Shown here: positions 1 through 10,106 of the stretch, piece by piece
Position numbering within the stretch: position 1 is the stretch's first letter
Layout: each line of letters begins with the position of its first letter
Assembly: GCA_963665815.1 (NCBI GenBank)
Contig: OY762463.1
Span: 1,280,001 to 1,344,000 of the forward strand
Origin: Candidatus Cloacimonadales bacterium
GTDB lineage: Bacteria > Cloacimonadota > Cloacimonadia > Cloacimonadales > JAIOQZ01
Length of the DNA stretch: 64,000 nucleotides
Direction of reading: 5' to 3'
Position numbers and translations under genes: made by a program
Notes under the pieces: generated by a model
The model's database searches: none
What the model saw: the letters and a program-made list of their open reading frames with translations, nothing else
Told to the model about the DNA's origin: nothing

Positions 1-650
1 GTAATTTTTACTCTTAGAGAATACTGCTCGCCTGTTTTCCAAGCTGATGGAACAGGATTAGTTCTTGTGTATGAACCTGTATTAGGAACAAAAAGTAATT
101 CATCAGAGAACACATCTTTGTAACTTTCACCATGATAAACATGCAGAGATACTGAATCGCCCTGTGCAGCAGTATCAACTGTCCAGGTAACTCCAACATT
201 TTCCTGACCAGGTGTCCAATTTAATGTAGAAGCTGCATTTATTTCAATATCAATATTGTCATGTCTGTCAGTAATTGTGAAATATGAACTCCAACCATAG
301 TTTCCTTCATTATCTTTGATTTTTATTCTATAATCAGAACCTGTATCATAATCAGCAAGAGGTGTCTGATTCCTGTATTCATATACTCCGTCATTATCAT
401 TATCTGCATTATTGACACCGGTTACATAAGAACCAAGATATGTATCACCTTTGAAGATGTCACAGTCAATAGATGTTCCGGTTGCACCAGTCCACTCAAT
501 ATGAGTTCCTGGTTCACCTGAATGCCAGTTCGACGTAGATGTCGGGTAGTGTACTTTAATTATGTTTGCATTCTCGCCATCCTCATTTTTACATCCGGCA
601 AAGAAAAGCAGTGTTAAAAGAAGAATTAGAGTTAAAGTTAATTTCTTCAT
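1..650 (-). CDS. Secreted lipoprotein with repeated Ig-like (Kre9/KNH-type, 'GPI-anchored family'-like) domains; partial, runs off the left edge
   Basis: Not in the ORF track. My translation from ATG 650 (AGGAG RBS upstream) is MKKLTLTLILLLTLLFFAGC-KNEDGENANIIKVHYPTSTSNWHSG..., open to the window edge. It has a lipobox (FAGC) and two similar units (W..G..I/V.W...I/V...I/V...G...Y...G..Y.I/L.I/V). Confidence 0.75.
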   Translation of the reverse strand, partial: MKKLTLTLILLLTLLFFAGCKNEDGENANIIKVHYPTSTSNWHSGEPGTHIEWTGATGTSIDCDIFKGDTYLGSYVTGVNNADNDNDGVYEYRNQTPLADYDTGSDYRIKIKDNEGNYGWSSYFTITDRHDNIDIEINAASTLNWTPGQENVGVTWTVDTAAQGDSVSLHVYHGESYKDVFSDELLFVPNTGSYTRTNPVPSAWKTGEQYSLRVKI

Positions 651-762
651 TATTTTGACTCCTGTAAATGTAGATATTTTTATTTCATCAAAAAAAATAC
701 TAAACCGTTATTAGGGCAAGTTTTTTTTCAAACTAATACTAACCGCAGTCAATATCATTGTC

Positions 763-3318
763 CTATTTTAATAAAAGCATTTTTCTGTCCAATTTTCTGT
801 CTGGTGTATTTATTCTATAAAAATACACTCCTGAGCCTACTGAAATCCCATTTTCATCCAATCCTTTCCAATGTAACTTGTTCACTCCTTCCTCCATAAC
901 ATCGTCAAACAATTGTACTACTTTCTGACCTTTCATATTATAAATGCTTACATTGACAGATTGCTTCCTTACATTATTGAACTCTATGGTTGTCTCCGGA
1001 TTAAAAGGATTTGGATAGTTAACAGCGCTATAATAATTAACAGGATTAACATCACTGTCAGAATCTGTTAACCGTATGCTTTTTATATTTGTTCTATCTG
1101 ACTCAGTCTGAGAATTATATGCTACAATATATAAATCAACATTTGTATTTATAACAAGCTCGTAAGTAAGAGTATTAATTGGTAATGTTGTAACTAAAGT
1201 TCCATCATCGTAAACTCTGTAGCCATCCCAACTGATTGAATCGGAATAAGCCGGAGGTGACCATGTCAGTTTTGTGTTATTCCCTGTGCCGGGAGATACA
1301 ATTAGATCGGTAGGATGATCCGGTTCAAGTTGTGAAAAGATCCACACATTATCCTGTTGAATAAAATCATTTCCCGACAATGTAACATTCAAGTCCTTAA
1401 GCTTGAAATATTCAGCTGTAAATGGGACTCCATTTATGTACTCGTAAATCTTCATTCTATAATATCCATAATTATCAGAATACCATATCTGCTGAACTAC
1501 TGTCCCGTTATCTACTATTTCCACTATATCAGCCATATCTTGTTGTCCATCTACGGTAACACTCTCGGAAACAACATATTCTGCTTCAATCAATCGGGCA
1601 AAGTCTCCCTCAACGGCACTATAATTCCATATATCACCGCTAACAGGATTAAATCTGCATTCTGTAACAATCATATCAATTATTGTATAATCAAATATCC
1701 GCGTCGAATCTCTCTCTACAACAACTCCATTGACCGTAATCTCAGCATTATTACTTTCCATATATTTAGTAAATCCGGTATAAACTCCGGACCTGAAGTG
1801 TACAGGATATGACATTATTCCCTGAAAATCCTCTGCTGCGTCAACAACAACACTTACTACCGGATTATCATCAAAAATTGTGAAATCATTATTATCATTT
1901 GCAAAGCTGTGAACTGTTATAATCTGAGGATCCAGAAGACCTCCGTAAATACCATAGCCCTGTGGAACATCTTCAGCAAATATAGCTTCAGCGGTAACAT
2001 AATAATCTCCTGAGTCCGGAACATTAACGTAGTAAAAACCAGTTGTAGACTGTGTATATACTAATGGGGTATCTAAAGAATCAACTTTGTAAACTTTTAT
2101 CAGAATAGAATCCACTGTATTGGTTCCATAATAGTACATATTACCTGTAATTGATGGACGTGCTCCAGATGAAATTGGTGTAAAAATAACCTGTCCTGAT
2201 CCAAGTTCGTGAATGCTCTGTGCGATCAAGTTAATATCAAACTCTCCCCATGAGTTATTTTGAGCAAAAATATCAAGGCTTGAACCTGATACAACAGAAT
2301 TGGCAGTTCCATTCATTTCATTATCATGAATAGAATTAGATCCATCATCATTAGTCTCAAAATTCGTAACGTTGCCCAGATTTGGCTGAGCATTATTATT
2401 AATATAGAATCCAGCGTAATTATGGGATATTGTGTTTCCCGAAAATACAGCATTACTTCTCGGCCCAAAACACATTATTCCTGCTCCTGAATCAGCATTT
2501 CCGGTTTCGTAATTGTAAGAAACAATATTGTTCTGATAAAAACCGGACGTATTAGCTGAGTAGATACCTGTATAATTGAACTGAACAAGATTATTATATA
2601 CTTGAGGATTAACATTACCAACACCCATTAAATCTGAAATTATCATTCCCTGTCTATTGTTATGATGTATAGTATTTCTTCTTATTACTGGAGATACTTC
2701 TGCTCCTTGAGTCTGAACTGTAAGATGAATTCCCCCATACCATGAACCGGATAAGGCACATTGCGTTATTTCGCAATCTTCAATGACTACATTTCCATTT
2801 TCGGCAATTGTAATACCGGCATCACCTATATGACTTACAAACGTATTCCTGACTATCATTTCAGGAGGATTGCTCTCTCCTGCTGCGAAAAGATCTATTC
2901 CTTTTTCGTGATTATTTATTAAACAGTGATCAATAATTACTGGACTGGTTACAACCTTTATCCCGCAGCTATTTTGACCACCAGTACCACTGACCCTGCA
3001 ATAACTGAATGTGCTTTCTTCATCTCCTTCCAGCCTTATTCCTTTCCACTCAGTAGCTATATCGGACAGAACAAACATTATGGAGTCTATCTCAGTTCCA
3101 TCTGCAATAATCCAACCTGATACGTTAATTTGATAAAAACCATTTACAATGACTGTCACTCCCGGGTTTATTATAAGACTATCAGTAATATTAATATCTC
3201 CAATCACATTATAGGGTGATTGATTTGCATCCCATACACCATTAATGTTTCCGGAAACATCCGTTGAAAACAGACTTAAAGAAAAAAACAGAATCATTAA
3301 AATGCAAAACTCTTTCAT
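763..3318 (-). CDS. Secreted right-handed parallel beta-helix repeat protein with an FN3-like domain and C-terminal FlgD-Ig/T9SS-type sorting domain
   Basis: Signal peptide MKEFCILMILFFSLSLFS with AAGGAG RBS before ATG 3318; PbH repeats (I..N.I..N...GI); TWSPP FN3-like motif; C-terminal [12 protein letters not shown]...SGVYFYRI...KMLLLK. Confidence 0.8.
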   Translation of the reverse strand: MKEFCILMILFFSLSLFSTDVSGNINGVWDANQSPYNVIGDINITDSLIINPGVTVIVNGFYQINVSGWIIADGTEIDSIMFVLSDIATEWKGIRLEGDEESTFSYCRVSGTGGQNSCGIKVVTSPVIIDHCLINNHEKGIDLFAAGESNPPEMIVRNTFVSHIGDAGITIAENGNVVIEDCEITQCALSGSWYGGIHLTVQTQGAEVSPVIRRNTIHHNNRQGMIISDLMGVGNVNPQVYNNLVQFNYTGIYSANTSGFYQNNIVSYNYETGNADSGAGIMCFGPRSNAVFSGNTISHNYAGFYINNNAQPNLGNVTNFETNDDGSNSIHDNEMNGTANSVVSGSSLDIFAQNNSWGEFDINLIAQSIHELGSGQVIFTPISSGARPSITGNMYYYGTNTVDSILIKVYKVDSLDTPLVYTQSTTGFYYVNVPDSGDYYVTAEAIFAEDVPQGYGIYGGLLDPQIITVHSFANDNNDFTIFDDNPVVSVVVDAAEDFQGIMSYPVHFRSGVYTGFTKYMESNNAEITVNGVVVERDSTRIFDYTIIDMIVTECRFNPVSGDIWNYSAVEGDFARLIEAEYVVSESVTVDGQQDMADIVEIVDNGTVVQQIWYSDNYGYYRMKIYEYINGVPFTAEYFKLKDLNVTLSGNDFIQQDNVWIFSQLEPDHPTDLIVSPGTGNNTKLTWSPPAYSDSISWDGYRVYDDGTLVTTLPINTLTYELVINTNVDLYIVAYNSQTESDRTNIKSIRLTDSDSDVNPVNYYSAVNYPNPFNPETTIEFNNVRKQSVNVSIYNMKGQKVVQLFDDVMEEGVNKLHWKGLDENGISVGSGVYFYRINTPDRKLDRKMLLLK

Positions 3319-3569
3319 TTTATTATCTCCTTGTAAATAACCAAACATGTAAAAATATGTACTTACTACGTTTATATTTTATGTAATTATCTAAGCAATT
3401 CGCATGTTTAAAATATTAAACAATTTAGTTAATCCAAAAGTCAAGTAATATTTCAATGTAAACGGTAAATATTAGCAGGATTGTACACTTAGCAACAAAC
3501 CTGTTTTTTTGCTTGCAATAAAAAGAAGATCCATTTATAATGCATCAAAATCATTAAAATGGAGTAATC

Positions 3570-3947
3570 ATGGTTTCTAAAATTTTCAGTACAGACAGTA
3601 AATCAGGTGAAGCAATTGCATGCGTTGACGGACAAAAAGTATATAAAGGCCCAAATAAAACAGGACTGGCAATCTTATATTTTGAAGGGACTAAGATGTA
3701 CCTTGGAAATAACAAAGCCGGTAAAGCAATCGCATTTGTAGACGGACAGAAAATATATGAAGGTGGTTTCAAGCAGGGAACTCCGGTTGCATACTTTGAG
3801 GATGGTAAAGTATATAAAGGTTTAGGAAAAATCGGGAGCCCGATCGCCAAATATACAGATGACAATGTAATTGGTGCTGTAGCTGCAGCTTGTTTGCTTG
3901 TTCTCAAAGCTGTTAAAAGCGCCAGATCATTTTACATGGGAATGTAG
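3570..3947 (+). CDS. Small 19-aa tandem repeat protein (beta-flower-like)
   Basis: GGAG RBS; about five repeats of G.(A/P)I/V..(V/F)DG.K.Y.G; hydrophobic C-terminal helix GAVAAACLLVL. Confidence 0.7.
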   Translation: MVSKIFSTDSKSGEAIACVDGQKVYKGPNKTGLAILYFEGTKMYLGNNKAGKAIAFVDGQKIYEGGFKQGTPVAYFEDGKVYKGLGKIGSPIAKYTDDNVIGAVAAACLLVLKAVKSARSFYMGM

Positions 3948-3948
3948 A

Positions 3949-4929
3949 TTGAAAGAAGCATTATTTTATGAAAAACTTGAAAGGGCAAAGGTACAATGTT
4001 TTCTTTGCCCTCATTCTTGCATAATTCATGACAGTGAAGAAGGAATCTGCAGAGCCCGAATAAACATAAAAGGTACTTTGTATGCCTCCAGTTATGGAAA
4101 AACCGTGACTGTGCACAAAGATCCTGTTGAAAAGAAACCTTTGTATCATTTTTTACCTCAGACTCAGACTCTATCCATTGGGCATAACTCTTGTAACCTG
4201 AAATGCAGATTTTGTCAGAATTACCACATTAGTCAAATGCAGTCCAGAACATTTGATATTTCTGTGGATCAGTTAGTTAAGCATTGTCTCGACAATCAAA
4301 TTCCTTCAGTTTCCTTTACATACACTGAACCTGTTACATGGTTTGAGTTTGTCCTTGATGCATCAAGAGAATTGAAAAAACATAACATCAAATCAATAAT
4401 GGTCTCAAACGGATACATTAATCCCGAACCTCTTAAAATGCTTTTAGAATATGTTGATGCATTTAATATAGATTTAAAAGCTTTTACTGATCACTTTTAC
4501 CAATCACTCTGCTCAGCATCATTGAAACCTGTCCTGAAAGCAATTGAGTTAATCTCCGAAAGTTCTCACCTTGAAGTAACCAATCTCGTTATACCTGAAG
4601 AAAACGATGAAGATTATACAGATATTGTCGATTTTATCAGTAAACTGAACCCGAATATTCCCCTTCATTTTTCCAAGTACTATCCACAGTACGAAATGAT
4701 GAATCCACCAACACCTGACACTATCTTGAAAGAAATTTATGAATATGCAAAATCCAGACTTAATAACGTTTATCTTGGCAATATAATAACTTCAGGTGAA
4801 AATAATACGGTTTGCCCTGAGTGTGGTGAGTTAATTGTTGAGCGACGCAATTTCAAAGCAATCATTAATAAAGACTTTGCAGGTCATTGCACTGACTGCA
4901 ACACAAGAATTTATGGGATATGGAGATAA
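3949..4929 (+). CDS. amrS: AmmeMemoRadiSam system radical SAM enzyme (PflA-like)
   Basis: N-terminal CxxCPHxC...GxCxAR; DPVEKKPLYHF; radical SAM motif CNLKCRFCQN; FTYTEP; C-terminal CPEC..CTDC. Likely TTG start at 3949. Confidence 0.9.
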   Translation: MKEALFYEKLERAKVQCFLCPHSCIIHDSEEGICRARINIKGTLYASSYGKTVTVHKDPVEKKPLYHFLPQTQTLSIGHNSCNLKCRFCQNYHISQMQSRTFDISVDQLVKHCLDNQIPSVSFTYTEPVTWFEFVLDASRELKKHNIKSIMVSNGYINPEPLKMLLEYVDAFNIDLKAFTDHFYQSLCSASLKPVLKAIELISESSHLEVTNLVIPEENDEDYTDIVDFISKLNPNIPLHFSKYYPQYEMMNPPTPDTILKEIYEYAKSRLNNVYLGNIITSGENNTVCPECGELIVERRNFKAIINKDFAGHCTDCNTRIYGIWR

Positions 4930-5292
4930 TTGAACTTTTTAAGAATCCTGAAACCACTCGATATAGTAATCGTTGTTCTTCTGCTCTCCATGGCGGGATT
5001 ACTTACGTTAAACGGAATCAAATCACGTTCAGAAAAATACGTAGTCATTACAAAAGATAGTATCAACAAAGGTGAGTTTCCACTTAACAAGGATAGATTA
5101 ATTGAACTTGAAAACAATATTGTTGTTGAGATTAAGGACTCTAAAGTCCGTGTAAAAACGTCTCCATGCAGAAATCAAATTTGTGTAAAGCAAGGCTGGT
5201 CTGATTCTCAACCGATTATATGTGCTCCTCAGAAACTATCCGTTACAATTAAGTCTGCCGATTCAGAAAAAGAAATGCTGATCAGTCGGTAA
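4930..5292 (+). CDS. NusG domain II-containing protein
   Basis: N-terminal TM segment; SPCRNQICVKQGW...IICAPQKL signature. Confidence 0.85.
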   Translation: MNFLRILKPLDIVIVVLLLSMAGLLTLNGIKSRSEKYVVITKDSINKGEFPLNKDRLIELENNIVVEIKDSKVRVKTSPCRNQICVKQGWSDSQPIICAPQKLSVTIKSADSEKEMLISR

Positions 5293-6555
5293 TCATTCCT
5301 CTTTCTGCCAGTTTAAAGCATCCTGCTTACCTTTTTCTGTTTTCACAGTCTGAAGCACTACTCCACCGGTAACAAGGAACAATAAAATTGATAAAATTGC
5401 CCACCGTTGAGAACCTGTTATTCTATGAACTTCTCCATACATCAAGGGTCCAATTATAGCTGCAATTTTCCCGGAAAAAGCATAGAATCCAAAGAATTCA
5501 GCAGATTTATCATCCGGTGTAAGATGAGCAAGCATAGAGCGGCTGCATGACTGACTTGAACCCATTGCAAAACCTGCTAACAGACCTACAAAATAGAATT
5601 CCATTTCAGAACGACAGAAGAAAGCCCAGACAACAGCACCAATCCACAATATCAGAGAAATGGAAATTGTCTTTTTAGCACCAATTTTATCAAGAATATA
5701 TCCAAAACCAAATGCACCAGCCATAGAACTGAACTGCATTATAATGAAATATACCAACAGGTCTTTGGTTTTCATGGAAAACTCTTCTCTTCCGTAAACA
5801 GCCCCAAAAGTTATAACTGTAATTATTGCATCATTATACAGAAAATAGCTGAATATGAATTTTTTAAGTTCTTTGAGTTTCGAAATATTTATCATGGAAA
5901 ACTTAATTCTATTATAAGCAATTCTGAAATAATTTGTTCTTTTGGATGGTAGCGAAAATTCACTTAGCCAGAAGAAAGTAAAAACTGAAAATATTGCAAA
6001 AAAGATTGCCACACTGGGGAAAATCCACCGCACTGCATTGTGCACAAGAGGTAGAGCTATAAGCAGCGATGTTAATCCTCCGGCGTACCCAATTGCCCAG
6101 CCCCAACCGGAAACCTTTCCGATATGTTTCTTTGAAACAAGCTCTGGCAGAAATGCATTATAAAAGACATTAGCACTGTTGAATCCAAAGTTAGCTATTA
6201 TAAAAAATATCAAACCTTTTTTTATGTCTCCCGGTCCAACAAAATACAGCAATGCTGTAAAAATAATTGTCAGGTATGTGTTATAGAACAGAAACTTCTT
6301 TTTTGCCCTTGAAAAATCTGCGACTGCTCCGAATATTGGTGCTGAGATAGCCACCAGAATCATGGATATTGCCATTCCTCTACCCCATAGCGCAGTACCA
6401 TCTCCGGATTCTCCCACAACAGTATTCACAAAATATACACTGTATACAACACTTACAATAATCGTAGTGAATGATGAATTCGCAAAGTCATACATCATCC
6501 AACCGAATATATTTCTATTCATTTTCAGCTTATTTGAATTTTTATCAGTCATCAT
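5293..6555 (-). CDS. MFS transporter, UMF1/ATG22-like family
   Basis: WMMYDFANSSF, FYNAFLPEL, GWAIGYAGG, AEFFGFY motifs; about 12 TM segments. Confidence 0.9.
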   Translation of the reverse strand: MMTDKNSNKLKMNRNIFGWMMYDFANSSFTTIIVSVVYSVYFVNTVVGESGDGTALWGRGMAISMILVAISAPIFGAVADFSRAKKKFLFYNTYLTIIFTALLYFVGPGDIKKGLIFFIIANFGFNSANVFYNAFLPELVSKKHIGKVSGWGWAIGYAGGLTSLLIALPLVHNAVRWIFPSVAIFFAIFSVFTFFWLSEFSLPSKRTNYFRIAYNRIKFSMINISKLKELKKFIFSYFLYNDAIITVITFGAVYGREEFSMKTKDLLVYFIIMQFSSMAGAFGFGYILDKIGAKKTISISLILWIGAVVWAFFCRSEMEFYFVGLLAGFAMGSSQSCSRSMLAHLTPDDKSAEFFGFYAFSGKIAAIIGPLMYGEVHRITGSQRWAILSILLFLVTGGVVLQTVKTEKGKQDALNWQKEE

Positions 6556-6556
6556 A

Positions 6557-7633
6557 TCAGTCCTGCAGTACAGAGTTCAAATCAATAACATCCAGGTCGA
6601 AATATTTTTCTCCAAATTCACGGGGAGACGCAATAAAAACCTGATGTTCCGGATTAAGAAATTCTCGGAATTTTTCGATTCTTTTTTTATCAAGTTCTGC
6701 CAGTACATCGTCAAAAATAAGGACAGGATACTCGTTATTTTTTTCTGCGAGTACTTTTGCATGAATCATCTTTAAAATCAATGCAAACACTCTTTTCTGC
6801 CCCTGTGAGGCAAAAAACTTAGCAGGCAGCTCGTTTAATTTGATAATATAGTCATCCAGATGAATTCCAAACAATGTTCGGCCTGTCTCAATTTCTTTTC
6901 TGGAATGTCTTTTACATATATCATTGTAATAATCTTTTGTAGTCATACCCTCTCTTCTGCTGACAGAAAAAGAATATTCAATATCAGCAGAATCAATCTC
7001 TGGGAAGAAATGCCTGAAGAATTCAAGAAGATATGTCTTAAAATCTTCGAGATATCCTGAACGTTCTTCAAATATCTCGCAGCATGCCTGAATGTAAGCA
7101 TCATCCCACACTTTCTTTTCTTCCGGCGTATACTCCATCTTAAGCAGAGCATTCCTTTGTTTCAAAGTCTTATGGAAGCTGCTTAAAGCATGCAGATATT
7201 TGAAAGAATACTGAGACACAGCAAGATCGAAAAATTTTCTTCTGATTGAGGGTGAACCGTTAATAATATTTATATCATCAGGCTCAAAGCTGATTACTTT
7301 GAAACACTGATACAGTGAGCTGATTTTTCTGACAGGTTCTCCATCGATTTTAATGATTTTGTTTTTGTTATCAAATCCTGCAGCAAGATTAATATCAACA
7401 GATCTGATATGCATATCAGCCTGAATTCTGAAATAGTCTTCTCCAAAATTGATAAGATCAGCGTCATTTCTTGCTTTAAAAGACTTCCCAAAAGCAAAAT
7501 ATGCAATAGCTTCCAGTAAATTGGTTTTACCTGAACCGTTATTACCGGTAACTATTGCACCTTTATCATTAAAAGCGTGTGAAAACTTCTTATAATTCCT
7601 GAAGTTATTCAGCTGAATATTTCTTATTCTCAC
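6557..7633 (-). CDS. recF: DNA replication/repair protein RecF
   Basis: NFRNY, GNNGSGKTNLLEAI, SQGQKR, LIFDDVLAELD; directly downstream of dnaN. Confidence 0.95.
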   Translation of the reverse strand: MRIRNIQLNNFRNYKKFSHAFNDKGAIVTGNNGSGKTNLLEAIAYFAFGKSFKARNDADLINFGEDYFRIQADMHIRSVDINLAAGFDNKNKIIKIDGEPVRKISSLYQCFKVISFEPDDINIINGSPSIRRKFFDLAVSQYSFKYLHALSSFHKTLKQRNALLKMEYTPEEKKVWDDAYIQACCEIFEERSGYLEDFKTYLLEFFRHFFPEIDSADIEYSFSVSRREGMTTKDYYNDICKRHSRKEIETGRTLFGIHLDDYIIKLNELPAKFFASQGQKRVFALILKMIHAKVLAEKNNEYPVLIFDDVLAELDKKRIEKFREFLNPEHQVFIASPREFGEKYFDLDVIDLNSVLQD

Positions 7634-8751
7634 TATCCTATTCTTAATGGCATCAACAGGAATCTGGCATCATAGACAGCTTCCAGATCCACATTATAGA
7701 GAAGAATCGGGCTTTGAGAGTTCCCGAACGTGAGCATAGCTTTATCAGTTTCTATAACACCCAGAATTTCATTCAGGAATCTATAATTGAAAGCAATCTT
7801 TAAATCTTTACCTTTGTAATCAAACGAAGTAATCTTCTCTACAGCTTCACCTTTTTCACGGTTAGTGGATTTGATGGTAAAATCAGTTTCTGAGATTTCA
7901 AACTTGATTCTATGATTATCTTCAGAAGAAAGAAGTGATGCTCTTCTGACAGCCTGTTTAAGAATATCCTTGGATATTGTTAATGTATTAGAGTTATCTT
8001 TAGGCATTGCCACGGTGTAATCCGGGAATTTGCCTTCGAGAACATGAGAGAATATTGTATAGTTTCCATAATGGAACATAACTCTGTTTTCATCAATCAG
8101 GACAGAAATTTTATCGTTTTCTTCATTAATTACTTTTTTAATGAAAAGCAAACCTTTGGTAGGAACAATCTTCTCAACTTCATTTTCGATTTCATTTGGC
8201 TGCATCACTTTGAATTCAGCAATTTTTTTTCCGTCTGTTGAAACCATTAATTGATGATCAAAAGCTATTTTCCAGAAAATACCTGTAAATACCGGTCTAT
8301 TTGTTTCTGATGAAACAGCAAAATGCGTATTTTCAATCATCTTTGAGAATATCGCTGCATCAACTTCACGGGCATTACTCATATCTACATGAGGTATTAA
8401 AGGAAATTGCTCATGCTCAGCACAAACAAGATCAAAGTTTGCATTATCACATTTTATGTGCAGTTTATCTTCTTTCTTTTCGAAATAAATCATTGCATCA
8501 GGTAGAGAGTTAACAATATCTGTAACATCTCTTGCAGAAACAGCAGCTTTACCGCTTTCTGCAACATGAAGCTCAAACTCAACCACTACTGTAATTTCCA
8601 GGTCAGTCGCTGTAATCCTGATTTCATTTCGTTCTTCAAAAGTTTCAATAAGATAGTTTGTCAGAATTGGCATAGTATTTTTTGAAGGAACAATATTGCT
8701 CAAAGATGCCAGATTCCTGATTAGATCTTTCTTTTCAATTGAAAACTTCAT
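7633..8751 (-). CDS. dnaN: DNA polymerase III beta sliding clamp
   Basis: ATDLE, STDG, GKFPDY, IAFN, C-terminal LLMPLR; 372 aa. Confidence 0.97.
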   Translation of the reverse strand: MKFSIEKKDLIRNLASLSNIVPSKNTMPILTNYLIETFEERNEIRITATDLEITVVVEFELHVAESGKAAVSARDVTDIVNSLPDAMIYFEKKEDKLHIKCDNANFDLVCAEHEQFPLIPHVDMSNAREVDAAIFSKMIENTHFAVSSETNRPVFTGIFWKIAFDHQLMVSTDGKKIAEFKVMQPNEIENEVEKIVPTKGLLFIKKVINEENDKISVLIDENRVMFHYGNYTIFSHVLEGKFPDYTVAMPKDNSNTLTISKDILKQAVRRASLLSSEDNHRIKFEISETDFTIKSTNREKGEAVEKITSFDYKGKDLKIAFNYRFLNEILGVIETDKAMLTFGNSQSPILLYNVDLEAVYDARFLLMPLRIG

Positions 8752-8811
8752 GTTTTATCCTCTTTATATTGTTTTAATGTCATTGAAATTAAACTTAGTA
8801 AAATTGTCTAT

Positions 8812-8851
8812 AAAAAAAGAAAAGCAAAAACCAAATACTGATTTTTGCTTT
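8812..8851 (-). terminator. Probable intrinsic terminator after hup
   Basis: Inverted repeat aaagcaaaaa / tttttgcttt with an adjacent A-tract (U-tract on the minus strand). Confidence 0.55.
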
Positions 8852-8869
8852 TACAAAAAACTTCTCAAA

Positions 8870-9142
8870 CTATTTTACAGCTTCTCTGAGTTTCTTTCCA
8901 GCTTTGAATACCGGAACTTTTCTCTCAGGAATTGGGATAGTTTCTTTAGTTCTTGGGTTAATACCTTTTCTAGCTGCTCTTGTTACAACTGAGAATGTAC
9001 CAAAACCAACGAGTGAAACTTTTCCACCATCTGCCAGTTCGTTTTGAATACCTTCAAGTACTGAGGTCAATGCTTGAGCAGCTGCCTTTTTTGTGATCTG
9101 AACATCTTCTGAGATTTTTGTGATTAATTCTTCTCTACTCAT
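8870..9142 (-). CDS. hup: DNA-binding protein HU
   Basis: LVGFGTF...RAARKGINPRTKE.I.IP...P.FKAGK.LREAV; GGAGG RBS. Confidence 0.97.
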   Translation of the reverse strand: MSREELITKISEDVQITKKAAAQALTSVLEGIQNELADGGKVSLVGFGTFSVVTRAARKGINPRTKETIPIPERKVPVFKAGKKLREAVK

Positions 9143-9287
9143 TTAATCCTCCAAACGTTTTTTTGTCTTTGTTACTAAACCGTTTAGTACGTTAATTATA
9201 TAATTCTGTCAATAAAAAAATATCTGGCAGACGTTATTTTTACTTTTTACGAATTTTCATCTCGCAATTTATTGCTACCAAACAGCA

Positions 9288-10085
9288 TTAACTGAATGAC
9301 TTTTTGATAGCCTGAGTAAGTTTGAACACAGACTCAAGTTCTTCTTTTGTGAACTCCTGTTTACTGATATTCTTGAAAATATCTCTGATCTTCTTAAGGT
9401 TCTGTGATGAGAACTGATAGTAATCAAGTGCTGCAATCTGTTCATTTTCAATATTATCCACATTATAGATAAGATTACTTAATACACCAACTTCGTTGAT
9501 AACACCTGTCTGATCTGCCCTATAGTTATCTATAAGCAGTTTTGAAAGTCTGTCCAGCCCTTCTGTCCAACCACCAAGCTGTAAAAGAATAAATGTGTCA
9601 AAGTCACCTGAATCATAAAGTGTAAACACAATATCCTGCTTATATTTATCAAGAGTAACTTCCAGTTCCTTCCACTTGTCTTCTTCAATCAGCATTTTAA
9701 GCTCATCAGCAAGCTTGAGAATATCGTCACTGAGCCCGATAAATTTTGAGTAGTCAATCATCTGAGCAGCAATATCAATAAGTTTTGTTTTATTGCGTGA
9801 TTGTGCCGCGAAAATTGCATCAGCAGTTAAAGCACCAAGCGAAAAAGCTGCTTTAAATACGTTGTCTTTGATCTCCGGAAGCTCTTCCGGTAGTAATTTG
9901 TCATATTCAGATCCTTCGAGATAATCCAGTTTCTCAAATACATCTGAAAATGAAGGTAAAGGAAAATGATAATACTTTACTACTGGTGTTTTATCTTTGC
10001 TTTCCTCTTGTTTCTTTTCTCCACATCCGAAAAGAAGTGCAAGAATGCTGATTGTAACTACCAGATAAATCATTTTTCTGATCAT
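9288..10085 (-). CDS. Hypothetical alpha-helical lipoprotein
   Basis: Lipobox LLFGC; GGGAGG RBS; lies directly downstream of the ABC transporter gene. Confidence 0.75.
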   Translation of the reverse strand: MIRKMIYLVVTISILALLFGCGEKKQEESKDKTPVVKYYHFPLPSFSDVFEKLDYLEGSEYDKLLPEELPEIKDNVFKAAFSLGALTADAIFAAQSRNKTKLIDIAAQMIDYSKFIGLSDDILKLADELKMLIEEDKWKELEVTLDKYKQDIVFTLYDSGDFDTFILLQLGGWTEGLDRLSKLLIDNYRADQTGVINEVGVLSNLIYNVDNIENEQIAALDYYQFSSQNLKKIRDIFKNISKQEFTKEELESVFKLTQAIKKSFS

Positions 10086-10106
10086 CGTATCCTCCCGATT
10101 TATTCA

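Noticed and set aside
9454-9462. Perfect DnaA box TTATCCACA near dnaN
   Set aside because: Single copy inside the lipoprotein coding sequence; expected by chance in AT-rich DNA.
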